DNA of 40,218 nucleotides from Octopus bimaculoides (taxonomy: Eukaryota): the NCBI RefSeq assembly GCF_001194135.2, contig NC_068998.1, positions 25,139,041-25,179,258 of the forward strand, given 5' to 3'. This document shows positions 1 through 12,420 of the stretch, piece by piece. The notes beneath the pieces were generated by a model that saw only the letters and a list, made by a program, of their open reading frames with translations, had not been told where the DNA came from and did not search any database. The position numbers were made by a program, and so were the translations under genes. The number at the start of each line of letters is the position of its first letter. Position 1 is the first letter of the stretch.

Positions 1-460
1 TATACTTCTTAAAGAGGACAACAAACATTAAAGCAAAGCAAACATCTCAAGTCGTATACAATGTTATTATCGGAAAAAAAATACAAAGTCTTCCACTTGT
101 TTCTGGGTCATCTCTGAGTATGGGATATGCCATGATCGAAGACAAATAGGGAAAAATAGGGAAAATGAGATGGTATATATTAATACGATGACGACACATA
201 TATATATATACGACAATGCAAACTTCATGCAATCAAAGTACACTTGGGCTGAAGATAAGCTTGCGGTGTACCCCTCTTTTAGATAATTACTTCTTCAAAG
301 GTTCTGCTTGCTATGAAACATATATAGCTTGGATTTTATCAACTCCCAAACTATAAAATAATTATTTTTGAGCTTTTGGTAACTTTATACGGAATAAACT
401 GAAAAACCTTCTGCGCCAATATACTACTGTTGTTTAGAATTTTTTTCTTTTTTATTACCA

Positions 461-790
461 GGGTTGTAAAATAGTGCATGTTCGTGGCTGAATGGATCTT
501 TAGATCGTTCAGAACAAGAAATAAGAATACCTTCCTCCTCATATGGAGGATTTTTATTCTCAGTCATCTAAATCCCTACTCCCTTCTGTTATCGCCGCAT
601 AGCGTGAAACTGGTGGCGGAACTTGAAGCACAATCCAGTGGCACTACACAAAGAAGATTGCCTCAGTGAAACAAATGAGCTACAGGGAGAGGCTACGAGA
701 ACTGAAGATCTACTCCTTGGCGAGAAGGCGAGAAGGCGAGAAATGCATGCAGTAATATACATATGGAAGATATATTGGTGGGCACATCCT
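461..790 (+). mobile_element. Degenerate 3' fragment of a CR1-clade LINE (ORF2 C-terminus downstream of RT)
   Basis: Joining frames across frameshifts gives WIFRSFRTRNKNTFLLIWRIFILSHLNPYSLLLSPHSVKLVAELEA / IQWHYTKKIASVKQMSYRERLRELKIYSLARRRE / AVIYIWKILVG. This matches the CR1-type tail pattern (WILRTF...LDYCSQLWSP...LE.IQR.YTK.I...SY.ERL..L.LYSLERRRERY..IY.WKIL.G). An 8-bp duplication (ggcgagaa) and other indels break the frame. Confidence 0.75.
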
Positions 791-1314
791 GACCAGAACT
801 TTTAGTTGATCTTAGTTAATCCGGCTCTCGTTCGTACCATTTTCCTTACATGTCCTCGCATGCATCTAATACTCACGTGCTTAGATCTGTTTGCATTAAT
901 CTCAACTACATGACAGTCTCTTTTTTATCATCAATGGTGATTAAGAGACGGTTTCGCAACCGGTATGAATTAAAGCCTGAAGCGCATTGCAAAATTAGTA
1001 CGTAAGGATGAAAAGAAGATACCAGATGAAGGATAGGGAAAGAGCGAAGCGGTAAAACAACACTAAAAGAAAGTGAGGAAGGAGAAAACTAACTCGTTAT
1101 GGTAACGTAGAACATGATATTTTATCTTTTAATCCGTACAGTTTTCCGTTTTAGTCGCTGTTGTGTGAAATTGCATTTTATCTTAAATCAGAAAAGAAAA
1201 CAATTCAAAATAATTAAAAACTGTATTGCATTATTTGTTAACCAGAATTCTTATTCTTAGTTGTATGTTTCATGTGTAACCATATCACATCCAACTTTAA
1301 TCTCATGATTTACC

Positions 1315-1525
1315 GAGGTAAAGCAAACTCTATGCACTCGTTCGACCTACTGGAAATACCAGCTAAATATTCTTTAATACACATGCCATTTTGTAAATAA
1401 GATCGTGTTAAGTGATGTGATTTTAGAAAACCTATATCTGCATAAAATCAGCATTTATCGTGAGGAGTGGTACGCCTTTGATTCTAAGCCTGCTCTTTCA
1501 GTGCCTATTTTAGACTAAACTCAAC
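1315..1525 (+). mobile_element. Possible highly decayed octopus SINE-like dispersed repeat
   Basis: gcactcgttcgacc...gaaata.cagc.aaat and gcctttgat...ctaaac.caacaa resemble, from memory, the body and tail of a common octopus short repeat. No tRNA head is visible. Needs a RepeatMasker check. Confidence 0.3.
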
Positions 1526-2253
1526 AATGACAGTTAGATATACTATGATATAACATGTAAAACACTGTAGGCGCATGCTCCATAAAATATGTATTGTTAA
1601 TATAAGTCAAATGCGCAATAGTGCAGGGAAACGGAATTGCGAACAGAAACTTGCGCGCTCTACGCCATAAACGCATTGGAGTTATTTTATTGTCATACAG
1701 ATCCCTGATACATTGGTTTCATGGGAATAATAAAATTACCTATAGCTAGGACAGATTTATATTTGGAATAACATTTAGTGACATGGATATTGTCCCTGAT
1801 GAAAAGTGTGTTCTTTAGTGTCAGAACAATGGCATGTATAATGCAAATGTCATAGTATCACATGTCAGCAGTAAATATTCTATAAAATCCGTTTATTCTT
1901 TATTCAAGGTGTTTACTGATGTATATCCCTGATATTGTCAGATTTGGAACAGTATACAACTGCTTCGGTTTCTTATTAAAGTTCGTCCACGAATGTGTGT
2001 ATATGTGCGTATGTGGGTGTTCTATCTTAGTGTATAATATATTTGATTATTGCTTTTTCCACTCCGGAAAAGACAAGCTTAGTTTTGAGAGGACAACGAT
2101 CCGATGCAGGAGCCAATGTTTGCCGCTACTATTTGCTGATTTTTGGATTATCGAAAATAGCATACGGAGGAACAGGCAGATTTATTCTACGTTGAAGAAC
2201 ATATTTATTGTAGTTGTGATTTCCCTGCTGAATTTTTACTATATCTCATATCT

Positions 2254-2319
2254 ATCATTATCATCATCATCATGATCGTCATCATCGTCATTGTTGTCGT
2301 CATCATCATTGTCATCATC
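2254..2319. repeat. Imperfect (ATC/GTC)n trinucleotide microsatellite
   Basis: atcattatcatcatcatcatgatcgtcatcatcgtc...; explains the poly-Asp run in ORF 2239..2439. Confidence 0.85.
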
Positions 2320-2834
2320 CTTTTCGTAAGTATGGTCACGATAATTAATATTTATAATAAACTTCAAAAATGATAAACTGCTAAAATATGATGGCAATGG
2401 AGAATAGAGGGTTACTACAAACATACCTTTAGCATTCAAAATGTCAATAATTTTTTATCTATATACAATGAGTCGGAATAACATATTCACTATTTGCCCA
2501 ATATATTCGTCAAACTGGATTCACAATATTAACAGGTTGTACTTCCGTAATAGAAATACAATAAAAGACATATTTTACTCCAATATTTTCTTCTCCATGT
2601 ACGACAACTAAAAGACTTTCGGTTTTTGGAAATCTTCTTACAAAATACAATTTATTTTTGTGATAGAATCAAAACCTTCATTTGTGACGATATTATAGCA
2701 AAATTCAATTTAAGATGAACAATGTATAAATCACGTCTAATTATCAACATGGAAGAAAACTACAGAAAGTAGTCATATATATATATATATATATACTTTA
2801 TATATGTGTGTGTGTACATATATATATATATATA

Positions 2835-3304
2835 NNNNNNNNNNNNNNNNNNNNNNNNNNNNNNNNNNNNNNNNNNNNNNNNNNNNNNNNNNNNNNNNNN
2901 NNNNNNNNNNNNNNNNNNNNNNNNNNNNNNNNNNNNNNNNNNNNNNNNNNNNNNNNNNNNNNNNNNNNNNNNNNNNNNNNNNNNNNNNNNNNNNNNNNNN
3001 NNNNNNNNNNNNNNNNNNNNNNNNNNNNNNNNNNNNNNNNNNNNNNNNNNNNNNNNNNNNNNNNNNNNNNNNNNNNNNNNNNNNNNNNNNNNNNNNNNNN
3101 NNNNNNNNNNNNNNNNNNNNNNNNNNNNNNNNNNNNNNNNNNNNNNNNNNNNNNNNNNNNNNNNNNNNNNNNNNNNNNNNNNNNNNNNNNNNNNNNNNNN
3201 NNNNNNNNNNNNNNNNNNNNNNNNNNNNNNNNNNNNNNNNNNNNNNNNNNNNNNNNNNNNNNNNNNNNNNNNNNNNNNNNNNNNNNNNNNNNNNNNNNNN
3301 NNNN
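2835..3304. other. Assembly gap flanked by (TA)n and (TA)n(GA)n
   Basis: N run; the ORFs spanning it are artefacts. Confidence 0.99.
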
Positions 3305-5009
3305 ACATATATATATATATATATATATATATGGAGAGAGAGAGAGAGAGAGAGACTAGCTGGACCCATGACAGCTTCAAGGAAAATATTTTTAAATGTA
3401 TTTTCATAACTTTACTTCCTCCTGTGTATGATTTCTTGTTTCGGTAGTTTCTTATTGCATCTCTAAATGTAGCTTCTATTGAATAATCTACACTCAATCA
3501 ATACTGCTGTACTTCAGTTGCAATATTTTCTAAAATTCTCTTCCATTTGCACGGGCTTATTTAGCGTTACGTACAACAACGGCCGCTCTTTTACGAGAGT
3601 AATTGTAATCTATTACGTTGTAACTATCCTCAACCATGCGCTACACACACGTACCGTAAACATCTCACATTGTACTTGCATAGATTTGCTGGAGGGATCA
3701 CTTAAAAACAGGCCCAGCGGGACATTGCTATTCTTTAAATAGCGGAAACCTAAAGAACTACTCATAAATAGAAATAAACGTTGCGCTATACAACCGTTTA
3801 ATCATGATCAACTGTCAATTGGAGCCCTTAAGCGTAGACTTCTCCTGGCGAAAACACGCATTTTTCACATTGCTTGGACGATATTGAAAACATTGGTCTA
3901 CGAAATCATTGGTCTTCGATGTTTACGAATATTTCAGCTCCAAAGAACTTTTGAGATCCACTTTGCATTATTTCTTGCATATCCGGATTAGTGCTGTCGA
4001 CACGGAGATTCTGGGTTTTAACCAGAGAAATAAATCTTGACTGGCATTCAATCTCTCAGATGCACACTTCATCCTTTTGCCCACGTGCAATCCGTTTCCT
4101 CTCTGCTTTTCTTTTTTTTTTTGNNNNNNNNNNATCTTGACTGGCATTCAATCTCTCAGATGCACACTTCATCCTTTTGCCCACGTGCAATCCGTTTCCT
4201 CTCTGCTTTTCTTTTTTTTTTTGATAGCATAATAGCCTCTATTTTTCAGATATGGATGGTCTTCTACATATTCGACTCTATCACTACCGACAACACACAT
4301 CCATCTACTTCTTAACCAAAATTTTATACACTGCCTTCGTGTACCCGTTGTAACCACAATACTCAGTCATCACCTACCCTGAACGACCTACAAATTGCGA
4401 TGATACCCACTTCCAGACTCTGTATACTAAAAAAGAAAAAGGAAACTGAAGTGCATTCTGTGTATTAAAAGGTAACATATTTCTTACTCAAAAGGTAGCT
4501 CCGAAATATATAACGATCATTCGGAATAAAAATGTTGTAACACATTACATCCTTACACATAAATAGTATAATCTAATATGAAAATTTTATGTGAATGCTT
4601 ACATTTAATAAACATCTGATAATTAACATACTAATCATAGATTTAGTGATAAAGTCATGAATAAAGAGACAATGACAAATTTCTTATTCTTATGCTGTAT
4701 ACTGAAATTTCCTAACAATAAAGAGAGCCTGTTATTCTCCAATATACAACAGAATAATTTTTGAGGGAATAAAATAAAGGAATATTGGAATATTGGAAAA
4801 TGCGTAGTAACAAAATCAATAGCAAAAAAAAATGTCTTTCCATAATATATACATGTAGATAAAGAAGTATGTATTTTGTTTACTAACAGCACATGCATAC
4901 ATATCATTTAACATTAAAATATTGCAACAGAAAAACATCCAAAATAAATGTAAAGAAAATTATATGTAAAAATAGGTAACATCAATCATGGTTGTCAATT
5001 TATATTATA

Positions 5010-5170
5010 GGCGTGGCTCTGTGGTAAGAAGCGTACTTCCAAACCAAATGTATCTGGATTCAGTCCCACTCCGTAGCACTTTCTTCCAAGTGTCTTCTAC
5101 CATAGCTTCGGGATAACTAAAGCCTTGTGAGAGGATTCGGTAGACGTAAACTGAAGGAAGCCCATCGTAA
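5010..5170 (+). mobile_element. tRNA-headed octopus SINE (family A, CORE-like body)
   Basis: A-box-like TGGCTCTGTGG (5014-5024), B-box-like GGATTCAGTCC (5056-5066), body ..caagtgtcttctaccatagc..aaagccttgtgag..ggtagacg.aaactgaaggaagccc..cgta, ending in (TA)n. Homologous copy at 31268-31426 (-). Confidence 0.85.
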
Positions 5171-5185
5171 ATATATATATGTATA

Positions 5186-6082
5186 NNNNNNNNNNNNNNN
5201 NNNNNNNNNNNNNNNNNNNNNNNNNNNNNNNNNNNNNNNNNNNNNNNNNNNNNNNNNNNNNNNNNNNNNNNNNNNNNNNNNNNNNNNNNNNNNNNNNNNN
5301 NNNNNNNNNNNNNNNNNNNNNNNNNNNNNNNNNNNNNNNNNNNNNNNNNNNNNNNNNNNNNNNNNNNNNNNNNNNNNNNNNNNNNNNNNNNNNNNNNNNN
5401 NNNNNNNNNNNNNNNNNNNNNNNNNNNNNNNNNNNNNNNNNNNNNNNNNNNNNNNNNNNNNNNNNNNNNNNNNNNNNNNNNNNNNNNNNNNNNNNNNNNN
5501 NNNNNNNNNNNNNNNNNNNNNNNNNNNNNNNNNNNNNNNNNNNNNNNNNNNNNNNNNNNNNNNNNNNNNNNNNNNNNNNNNNNNNNNNNNNNNNNNNNNN
5601 NNNNNNNNNNNNNNNNNNNNNNNNNNNNNNNNNNNNNNNNNNNNNNNNNNNNNNNNNNNNNNNNNNNNNNNNNNNNNNNNNNNNNNNNNNNNNNNNNNNN
5701 NNNNNNNNNNNNNNNNNNNNNNNNNNNNNNNNNNNNNNNNNNNNNNNNNNNNNNNNNNNNNNNNNNNNNNNNNNNNNNNNNNNNNNNNNNNNNNNNNNNN
5801 NNNNNNNNNNNNNNNNNNNNNNNNNNNNNNNNNNNNNNNNNNNNNNNNNNNNNNNNNNNNNNNNNNNNNNNNNNNNNNNNNNNNNNNNNNNNNNNNNNNN
5901 NNNNNNNNNNNNNNNNNNNNNNNNNNNNNNNNNNNNNNNNNNNNNNNNNNNNNNNNNNNNNNNNNNNNNNNNNNNNNNNNNNNNNNNNNNNNNNNNNNNN
6001 NNNNNNNNNNNNNNNNNNNNNNNNNNNNNNNNNNNNNNNNNNNNNNNNNNNNNNNNNNNNNNNNNNNNNNNNNNNNNNNNNN
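5186..6082. other. Assembly gap following the SINE (TA)n tail
   Basis: N run. Confidence 0.99.
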
Positions 6083-7252
6083 ATCTTGACGTAGTAACTA
6101 AGTTTGAACTTACTGTATTTGACGTCCTTACCAGCTATTTGCACACACATGTATGCATACATCATTATAATTATGATGATTTCTAATACGCTGAAAAACG
6201 CCATTTTCTTGATTTTCCAATACACATTTCGGCCATTTTTGGAACAAGTCACCTTATTAACATTTGGTATTTAGTTGTGAGGATTTCAAATAAAAAGAAT
6301 TTCTAAAGGTACTTTCATTTTTTTATATTCTACAGATTTCTGTTCCCCGAAAAGTTAAGACGAAATGAAGTAGACTCTGGTGAATTTACCGAAAATCCCC
6401 ACCACCACCTCCTAAAACACTTCCTCCAAACAATTTGTATATTCTGAATATGCATATTCGTACAAAATTTCATTGAAAAACATCCATTTCTCTGAAAGTT
6501 ATAATCAAACAAATTCGGGTGCGAGGCAGAAATCTAATAAGCATGTCTCAAGAATAGTCTCTCAAGGTTGTTGGACATCACTTTGCTTCTCCTTTCTTCT
6601 CTCATGGAAAATTATATACAGGATGTTCGCGAGTTGGAAGTCCCCAAAATCTTTTCATTTATACACCAGTTAAAGGACATATTCAAAACATCTTATATTC
6701 ACAAGCTCTAGATAATTAAACTGTGATTGATTTCCGAATTTATTTCAATACATGTGTTCATACTGGCGTCATCTGATAGAATTTTTCTTAAATGTACTTA
6801 TTAACAGGAAAGGATCACCCGCAAGCCGGTTCTTCTGAAATTTATGCATTTGCAGGTACAACGTGTTTCAAATAAGTACTGACTATTGAAGGTAATTGCA
6901 AAGACAAAGAACTACCTGTATTTCTGTTTTAACAGTTTTAACAGTGAGAACATGAGACAAAATATGTTATTGACATTCATAGTTTGTACCTCAGGCTAAT
7001 TACTGCTGAGAACTACACATTTTACGTTACATTTCACTTAGAAATTTAAAAGGCATACTTAAATTCAATTATTTTCTATAACCTAGGGAACACCGGGTTA
7101 TTAACGTATAAATGTGGTATCTCAGGAGGTACTAAGGGGTAAGACATGCATACTCTATGTTTCATGTTAGAGATCTAAGAGGCATTTTTGAATTATATTA
7201 TCTTCTTCAAGCTGGGCAACGCCGGGTATTTCTGCTAGTATATATATATATA

Positions 7253-7286
<34 letters not shown>

Positions 7287-7659
7287 TATATGCATACATA
7301 CATTCATACGTACACTCACACGCACGCACACACACACATATATATGCCTGTATATTCGCATGTATGTATGTATGCTTGTATGTGTGTACAGATAACCAAA
7401 TAGTAAATTATGCATCATTATGGCAACATATTGAGCTCTAATCTTTCTGCAAGTGAATATTTTTAATACTTTTCAATTCATTAATTTTCTGTCATCGTGT
7501 GCCAAGACAGTGGTTCCAGTTAGAGAGCTTGAAGTCCAATTTACAAACTATGTTACTTCATTTGAGCATACCGTGTAAAACTATATTTTACAAGAGAATA
7601 CAACAATCAGCCACCCATATAGCAGACTACTATACCAAGAAGAAAGCAAAAAGACAGCA

Positions 7660-7703
7660 TAAAGAATAGCAAGAAAAAGAATAGCATGAAAAAGAATAGC
7701 AAG
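7660..7703. repeat. Short tandem repeat, about three copies of aaagaatagca(a/t)ga
   Basis: aaagaatagcaagaaaaagaatagcatgaaaaagaatagcaag. Confidence 0.7.
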
Positions 7704-8112
7704 TTTAGCATGAGATATAATCACTAAATCGTTTTTCGTTCAAATGTACACTACAAAATTCTTAGCAAATAAGATAGTCTCTTGTAAAGCAAATATATTA
7801 TTGGCATGTTTTAAGACCTTGCTTTTTTTTTATTCTTTAAACCGGGGTAAATTAAAATATATGTTTGTTTGGAAATGTCTTTCCATTACCATACATAGAG
7901 CAACAGTTCTATACTATTGTTTTGATATATTACAGATAAAGGACACAATCCATTAAAGCAGCAGACTTAATGAGATTTTTTTATGTCCTGAATAATAACC
8001 CAGAGACCAATTTGTTTCTTTGAAGATGCTTTTATACGTAGAATGGTAAAAATGGAATATGGCAAATTGAAGTTGAAGAGTGGATTGATCGATTGAATTA
8101 TCAATTTATACT

Positions 8113-8156
<44 letters not shown>

Positions 8157-8333
8157 ACATATACATATATATATGTATATATATATATGTACATATATAT
8201 GTGACATATATACATATATATATATATATAGATATCTATATGTATGCATACATATACGTTTATACACAAATATATACATATTTATTATTCTTATCTTGGT
8301 TAAACATGGCTGTACATTTATGTAAAGTCGTAA

Positions 8334-8366
<33 letters not shown>

Positions 8367-10486
8367 NNNNNNNNNNNNNNNNNNNNNNNNNNNNNNNNNN
8401 NNNNNNNNNNNNNNNNNNNNNNNNNNNNNNNNNNNNNNNNNNNNNNNNNNNNNNNNNTTTATGTAAAGTCGTAAATATATATATACATACATACATACAC
8501 AAATGTCGGTTTGTTTTCTCTACCTTTGAACTATATATATACGCACACATGTATGCTAAAACGTGGAGTCATGTAATACAAGCAAATTAATGTACACTCA
8601 ATACACATATTAATGTAAATATATTATTAGTCTTTCAGTTGTTCCATTCTAGCAATCACCCCAAGTGTCGCGGCTTTTTGTCGCTCGTGATCACATCATT
8701 GAGATATCATATCTCTTAGCTATACGTTTGATATCATGGAAATGCAATATAATATGCAGCAGAATATGAATATGAGGGCTTCTTTTTCGTCATCCCTCAG
8801 ACTGTTTTCAATTTAGATTAAATACATAACTCTTTGAATTGTGAAAATATATACCGTTGTCACAAAATTAAGCAAAATTGAAATATATCATGCATTTCTG
8901 TATAAGTGATCATGGTGCGTCACCTGCCTTGTTCGCTGGTTTATGACTATCATATGCATATAAATTAAATAGTTTTGAGTTAATGTATACTGAAAAGTCT
9001 GGGATATTTTAATCTGATAAACGTCTGTATTTTCTGACAGCGAATAGGATCTACTTCAAGTGACAGAATTTATCGAAAATCTCAGATTCATCACTCTTTT
9101 ATCAATCAGAATTTTGAGTGAAAATAGTATAAACACTTTCAAGTGATGTCACAATCTACATGTCATTCTTCCGTTGGTATCCATTTTTAGATAATTTGAA
9201 AAGTGATTTCGTAGATACCGCGTGCATTATGGATTTTAACATAGTTAAATAGTTAATCAAAATTTCGGTGCTCAGTTAGTGATGAAAGAAGTGCGATTGT
9301 AGTAAATATATATAAATTTAACCTCAACATCTCGATATCCTGGTGTTTGTTTCTGACAGAAAATTAAGAGTGTATATTACATTATCTCTAATTACAAATG
9401 CATTTACTTGTAAACACAACAGTAGAATCAATCTTGACTACACTTTCGAAACCATCAGTCGATACATACATCAACATTTCAAAAGCATTCTTTGATTGAT
9501 AAACATGTAAATCAGGAATATCAAAAAGTTATTCAATTATGTATAGAAATTCAAATATTGCGGAATTTACTCAGATAAGCACTGAAACATTATCGAACGA
9601 CGAAAGCAATATATGTACGTAAGAAATGATTTTGCATTTTAGGCATTTCATGGGGAAGTTTATGATAATAAACCTGATAGAAAAAGGAGAACCATTCAAA
9701 TTCCAAATCCAACTGTTTAAATGACTGGAGTCGATTAAAAAAACATTTTTTATCATTTTCAACAAACAGAAAATCTAATAAAATGGAAGAAACATATAAA
9801 AATAAAAAAAAGATTATTAATATGTCAGTTACATTTAAAGTTTTCAGATTTTGAGAGATATCCAGAGTTGACAAAACTCAGTATGATGTAGAATCTAAGT
9901 AGTCAACTCCTGTTAGACGCTTAACCATATGCTAAAAGCATTTGGAACCATATCAGCATACTGGATTGTGTTTCCTATTCACCAAACCTAATTTCTTTCA
10001 AACAATACAACATTATATGAGTGTGTGTGGTTGTGTATCTGAATGTGAGTGTGTGTTTTATAAGGTCTGTCACGTGTCTAGAGGTTTAAAAGAAAGAGGT
10101 TCATTGTACCGAGAGTGCAATTAGACATTTCACCAACGCGAAAAGGGAACGGAATCGACTGTACTAATATGAACAGGACGCAGGATCTACACTACTGCCG
10201 TGATACGCATTTTCATCTAATAGGACAAAAAGATCCATGAAATAAAGTAATACGCTGAAGGCCACCCAATTTCAGGCCATCATGAGGCAAAGACACTTAT
10301 CCCTAGCCCACGTCACTTCACATACACAAGTTTACCCATAACAGACATTAACATAATGGTGCAGACACACATGCACATAAACACACACATACATATTTAT
10401 ATACTGTAGAAATACATGCGTACATACATACATACATACATGCATACATATATATATATATACGTATATATACATATATCTATAGG

Positions 10487-10625
10487 TGGCAGCTGATGAA
10501 GGGGATGTTTCTATGTGGCCTCCTTCTTTGTTGCACCTTGTTTACCATTTTGTTCATGTTCTTTTGCCACGTCATGATCCCAGTTATGTATCTATATGTA
10601 CATGTGAATGAAGGTATATACATAC
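10487..10625 (+). repeat. 139-bp dispersed repeat, copy 1
   Basis: Near-identical to 11155-11293 (tggcagctgatgaag...gaaggtatatacatac), same length, a handful of substitutions. Confidence 0.9.
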
Positions 10626-11154
10626 ATGTACATATATATGCATATACTCATATATTGTTTGTATAACGACGGAACGCACGCGTTAACCTTTATACAGTAA
10701 GTTTTAACTATTTTTCTAACGCGACTCTCTCTATCTCTATCTCTAAATCTATCTCCCCCTCTCATTCTTCCCTCTACTGTTATTTGCCTCTCCCTGTCAC
10801 TACTCTTTCTCTCTCTCTCTCTCTCTATCTCTCGCTGCTCTTCCTTCGCCTCTCACTGTTACTACTACTATCTCTCTCCCTCTCTACCTCTCGTTGCTCA
10901 TTTTCGTTCTTGGACTCTTCAAGCTCGCACGTACTTCTTTGCTCCTCCAGTTCGTGCTTCACAGCGTTCAATACATACACACTTCACGTCTGGCTGTACA
11001 ACCTTTTTGTTTGTTTATCTCACCGTTTCGTTTTCCTGTCTTGTTTTCCGTCCGCCACTACCCTCCATGAAAACAATTTAATTTGTGTTCGTGGGAAGAA
11101 CCATTTTAACGATGCGTACTGCCTTAATTCTTCGAAACGCCGTGGTTTTAATGA

Positions 11155-11293
11155 TGGCAGCTGATGAAGAGGATGTTTCTATGTGGCCTCCTTGTTTGTT
11201 GCACCTTGTTTGCCATTTTGTCCATGTTCTTTTGCCACGTCATGTACCCAGTTATGTATCTATATGTACATGTGAATGAAGGTATATACATAC
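11155..11293 (+). repeat. 139-bp dispersed repeat, copy 2
   Basis: Direct repeat of 10487-10625; ends about 45 bp before the mariner fragment. Confidence 0.9.
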
Positions 11294-11338
11294 CCTTGTC
11301 GTATGGGAATGACCTGCCGATGACCGACCATTCTAACC

Positions 11339-11873
11339 ACCCACACGGCTTCAGACTCGACACGGAGGCCTACATCAATTGCCTGGCGGAGGTAGTGAGG
11401 CCCTGGATCAAGAAGGCGGCTGCTGGAAGATCCTATGCCTTGCAAAAGGACTCTGCACCATGCCTCACAAGCAGGAAAACCCAGTCATGGTTGTCAGAAA
11501 ATTTCTACGACCACACCATCCCTAACATCTGGCAACCTAACTTCCCAGGCAATAACCCCTTTGGTTATTATGTGTGGTGCAGTTAAGCGAGGAGCCAAGA
11601 AAACTCCTTGTAATACCGAAGATGAACTGAAGGCAAGTATTAAGGCAACATTCACTAATTTAAACAAGGAGATCGTCCAGAAGAGTTGCAGGAGATTCCG
11701 AAGTCGTCTGGAGTCCGTGATTGAAGTCAATGGCGGTTTTATTGAATGAATTTACACTTTAGTATTTCAAGATATTTTTTATGTAATTTTGGCAAGTATA
11801 TCTGTTAAAATTGGATGTCAGTATTATTTTCATTTTAGAACAGTAATTTTGAAAACAATTTATTCACCGAATC

Positions 11874-11878
<5 letters not shown>
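11339..11878 (+). mobile_element. 5'-truncated Tc1/mariner transposon, DD37D (maT-like) transposase C-terminus plus 3' end
   Basis: HPHGFRLDTEAYINCLAEVVRPWIKKAAAGRSYALQKDSAPCLTSRKTQSWLSENFYDHTIPNIWQPNFPGNNPFGYYVW, then a frameshift to GAVKRGAKKTPCNTEDELKASIKATFTNLNKEIVQKSCRRFRSRLESVIEVNGGFIE* (stop 11747-11749). There are 37 residues between the QKD Asp and the NPF[G]YY position (third Asp mutated to Gly). Ends next to (TA)n. Confidence 0.9.
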
Positions 11879-11907
<29 letters not shown>

Positions 11908-12263
11908 AGAGAGAGAGATACACACAAACACAGACAAGCGCATGCACACACACATATATACGGATATACGGGGTGTCGCAAACATATACACCCATATTGA
12001 ATAATTAAGAAATCAAGGTTTATTAAAATACATTTCCTTCCCAACAAATGATAGAATCACCAGGCGCTCTGGGTATTTTTTTTCCTTTTCTTTTCACATG
12101 TTTATGACAACTTGTTTTCAAACTGATGACCATCCTGGTTACTGCTCCGCTGATAACCTGAAGCAATGAAGTTGTAAAAATCAGAAAACGGTTCCTTCAG
12201 TATTTTATCTCATTCTCATTCAATAGCAACTCTCAGTTTCTCGACTTCTGACGTTTTATACAG

Positions 12264-12318
12264 TACATTTCTGGGTATCCCCTTGACACCAGAAATATTT
12301 GTGAGCCAGGTGAACACG
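12264..12318 (+). CDS. Candidate isolated 55-nt internal exon (unassigned)
   Basis: Pyrimidine-rich acceptor ..ttttatacag| and consensus donor ACG|gtaagt; two frames open (YISGYPLDTRNICEPGEH or TFLGIPLTPEIFVSQVNT). No recognisable homology. Confidence 0.18.
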
Positions 12319-12380
12319 GTAAGTATTCTACTGTATCTTTTCGCCATGTTCACCTGTTTGAGAAAATATGTTATATTTTA

Positions 12381-12420
12381 TATAGTGTTGGAATGACACA
12401 TATAGTGTTGGAATGACACA
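12381..12420. repeat. Perfect 20-bp tandem duplication
   Basis: (tatagtgttggaatgacaca) x2. Confidence 0.9.

Noticed and set aside
4034-4223. Perfect 90-bp direct repeat on either side of a 10-N gap
   Set aside because: The identical copies abut the gap exactly, the signature of overlapping contig ends. The same pattern occurs at the 8367-8457 and 33065-33074 gaps. Assembly artefact.
3906-4223. Protein-like minus-strand frame KRKAERKRIARGQKDEVCI*EIECQSRFISLVKTQNLRVDSTNPDMQEIMQSGSQKFFGAEIFVNIEDQ*
   Set aside because: Internal stop, no usable acceptor in frame, no recognisable motif, and it overlaps the duplicated gap edge.
2760-6252. Long ORFs of 180-415 aa in the ORF track (also at 22364-23380 and 24884-25670)
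   Set aside because: They are open only because they run through N gaps and (TA)n/(GA)n tracts.
6336-6447. Acceptor followed by FLFPEKLRRNEVDSGEFTENPHHHLLKHFLQTICIF*, faintly like the DPP8/9 C-terminus (SGE...HFLQ)
   Set aside because: The catalytic His motif (ERH) is absent, the spacing differs, and no upstream peptidase exons were found.
7157-8590. Tyr/Ile/His-rich ORFs (also at 14827-15068, 28127-28400, 29267-30108, 33283-33577)
   Set aside because: Translations of (TA)n, (CA)n and (TATG)n microsatellites.
11126-11172. GAAAC upstream of CTGATGA suggesting a type II hammerhead
   Set aside because: Stem I cannot form and stem III is only 2 bp with a non-palindromic loop.
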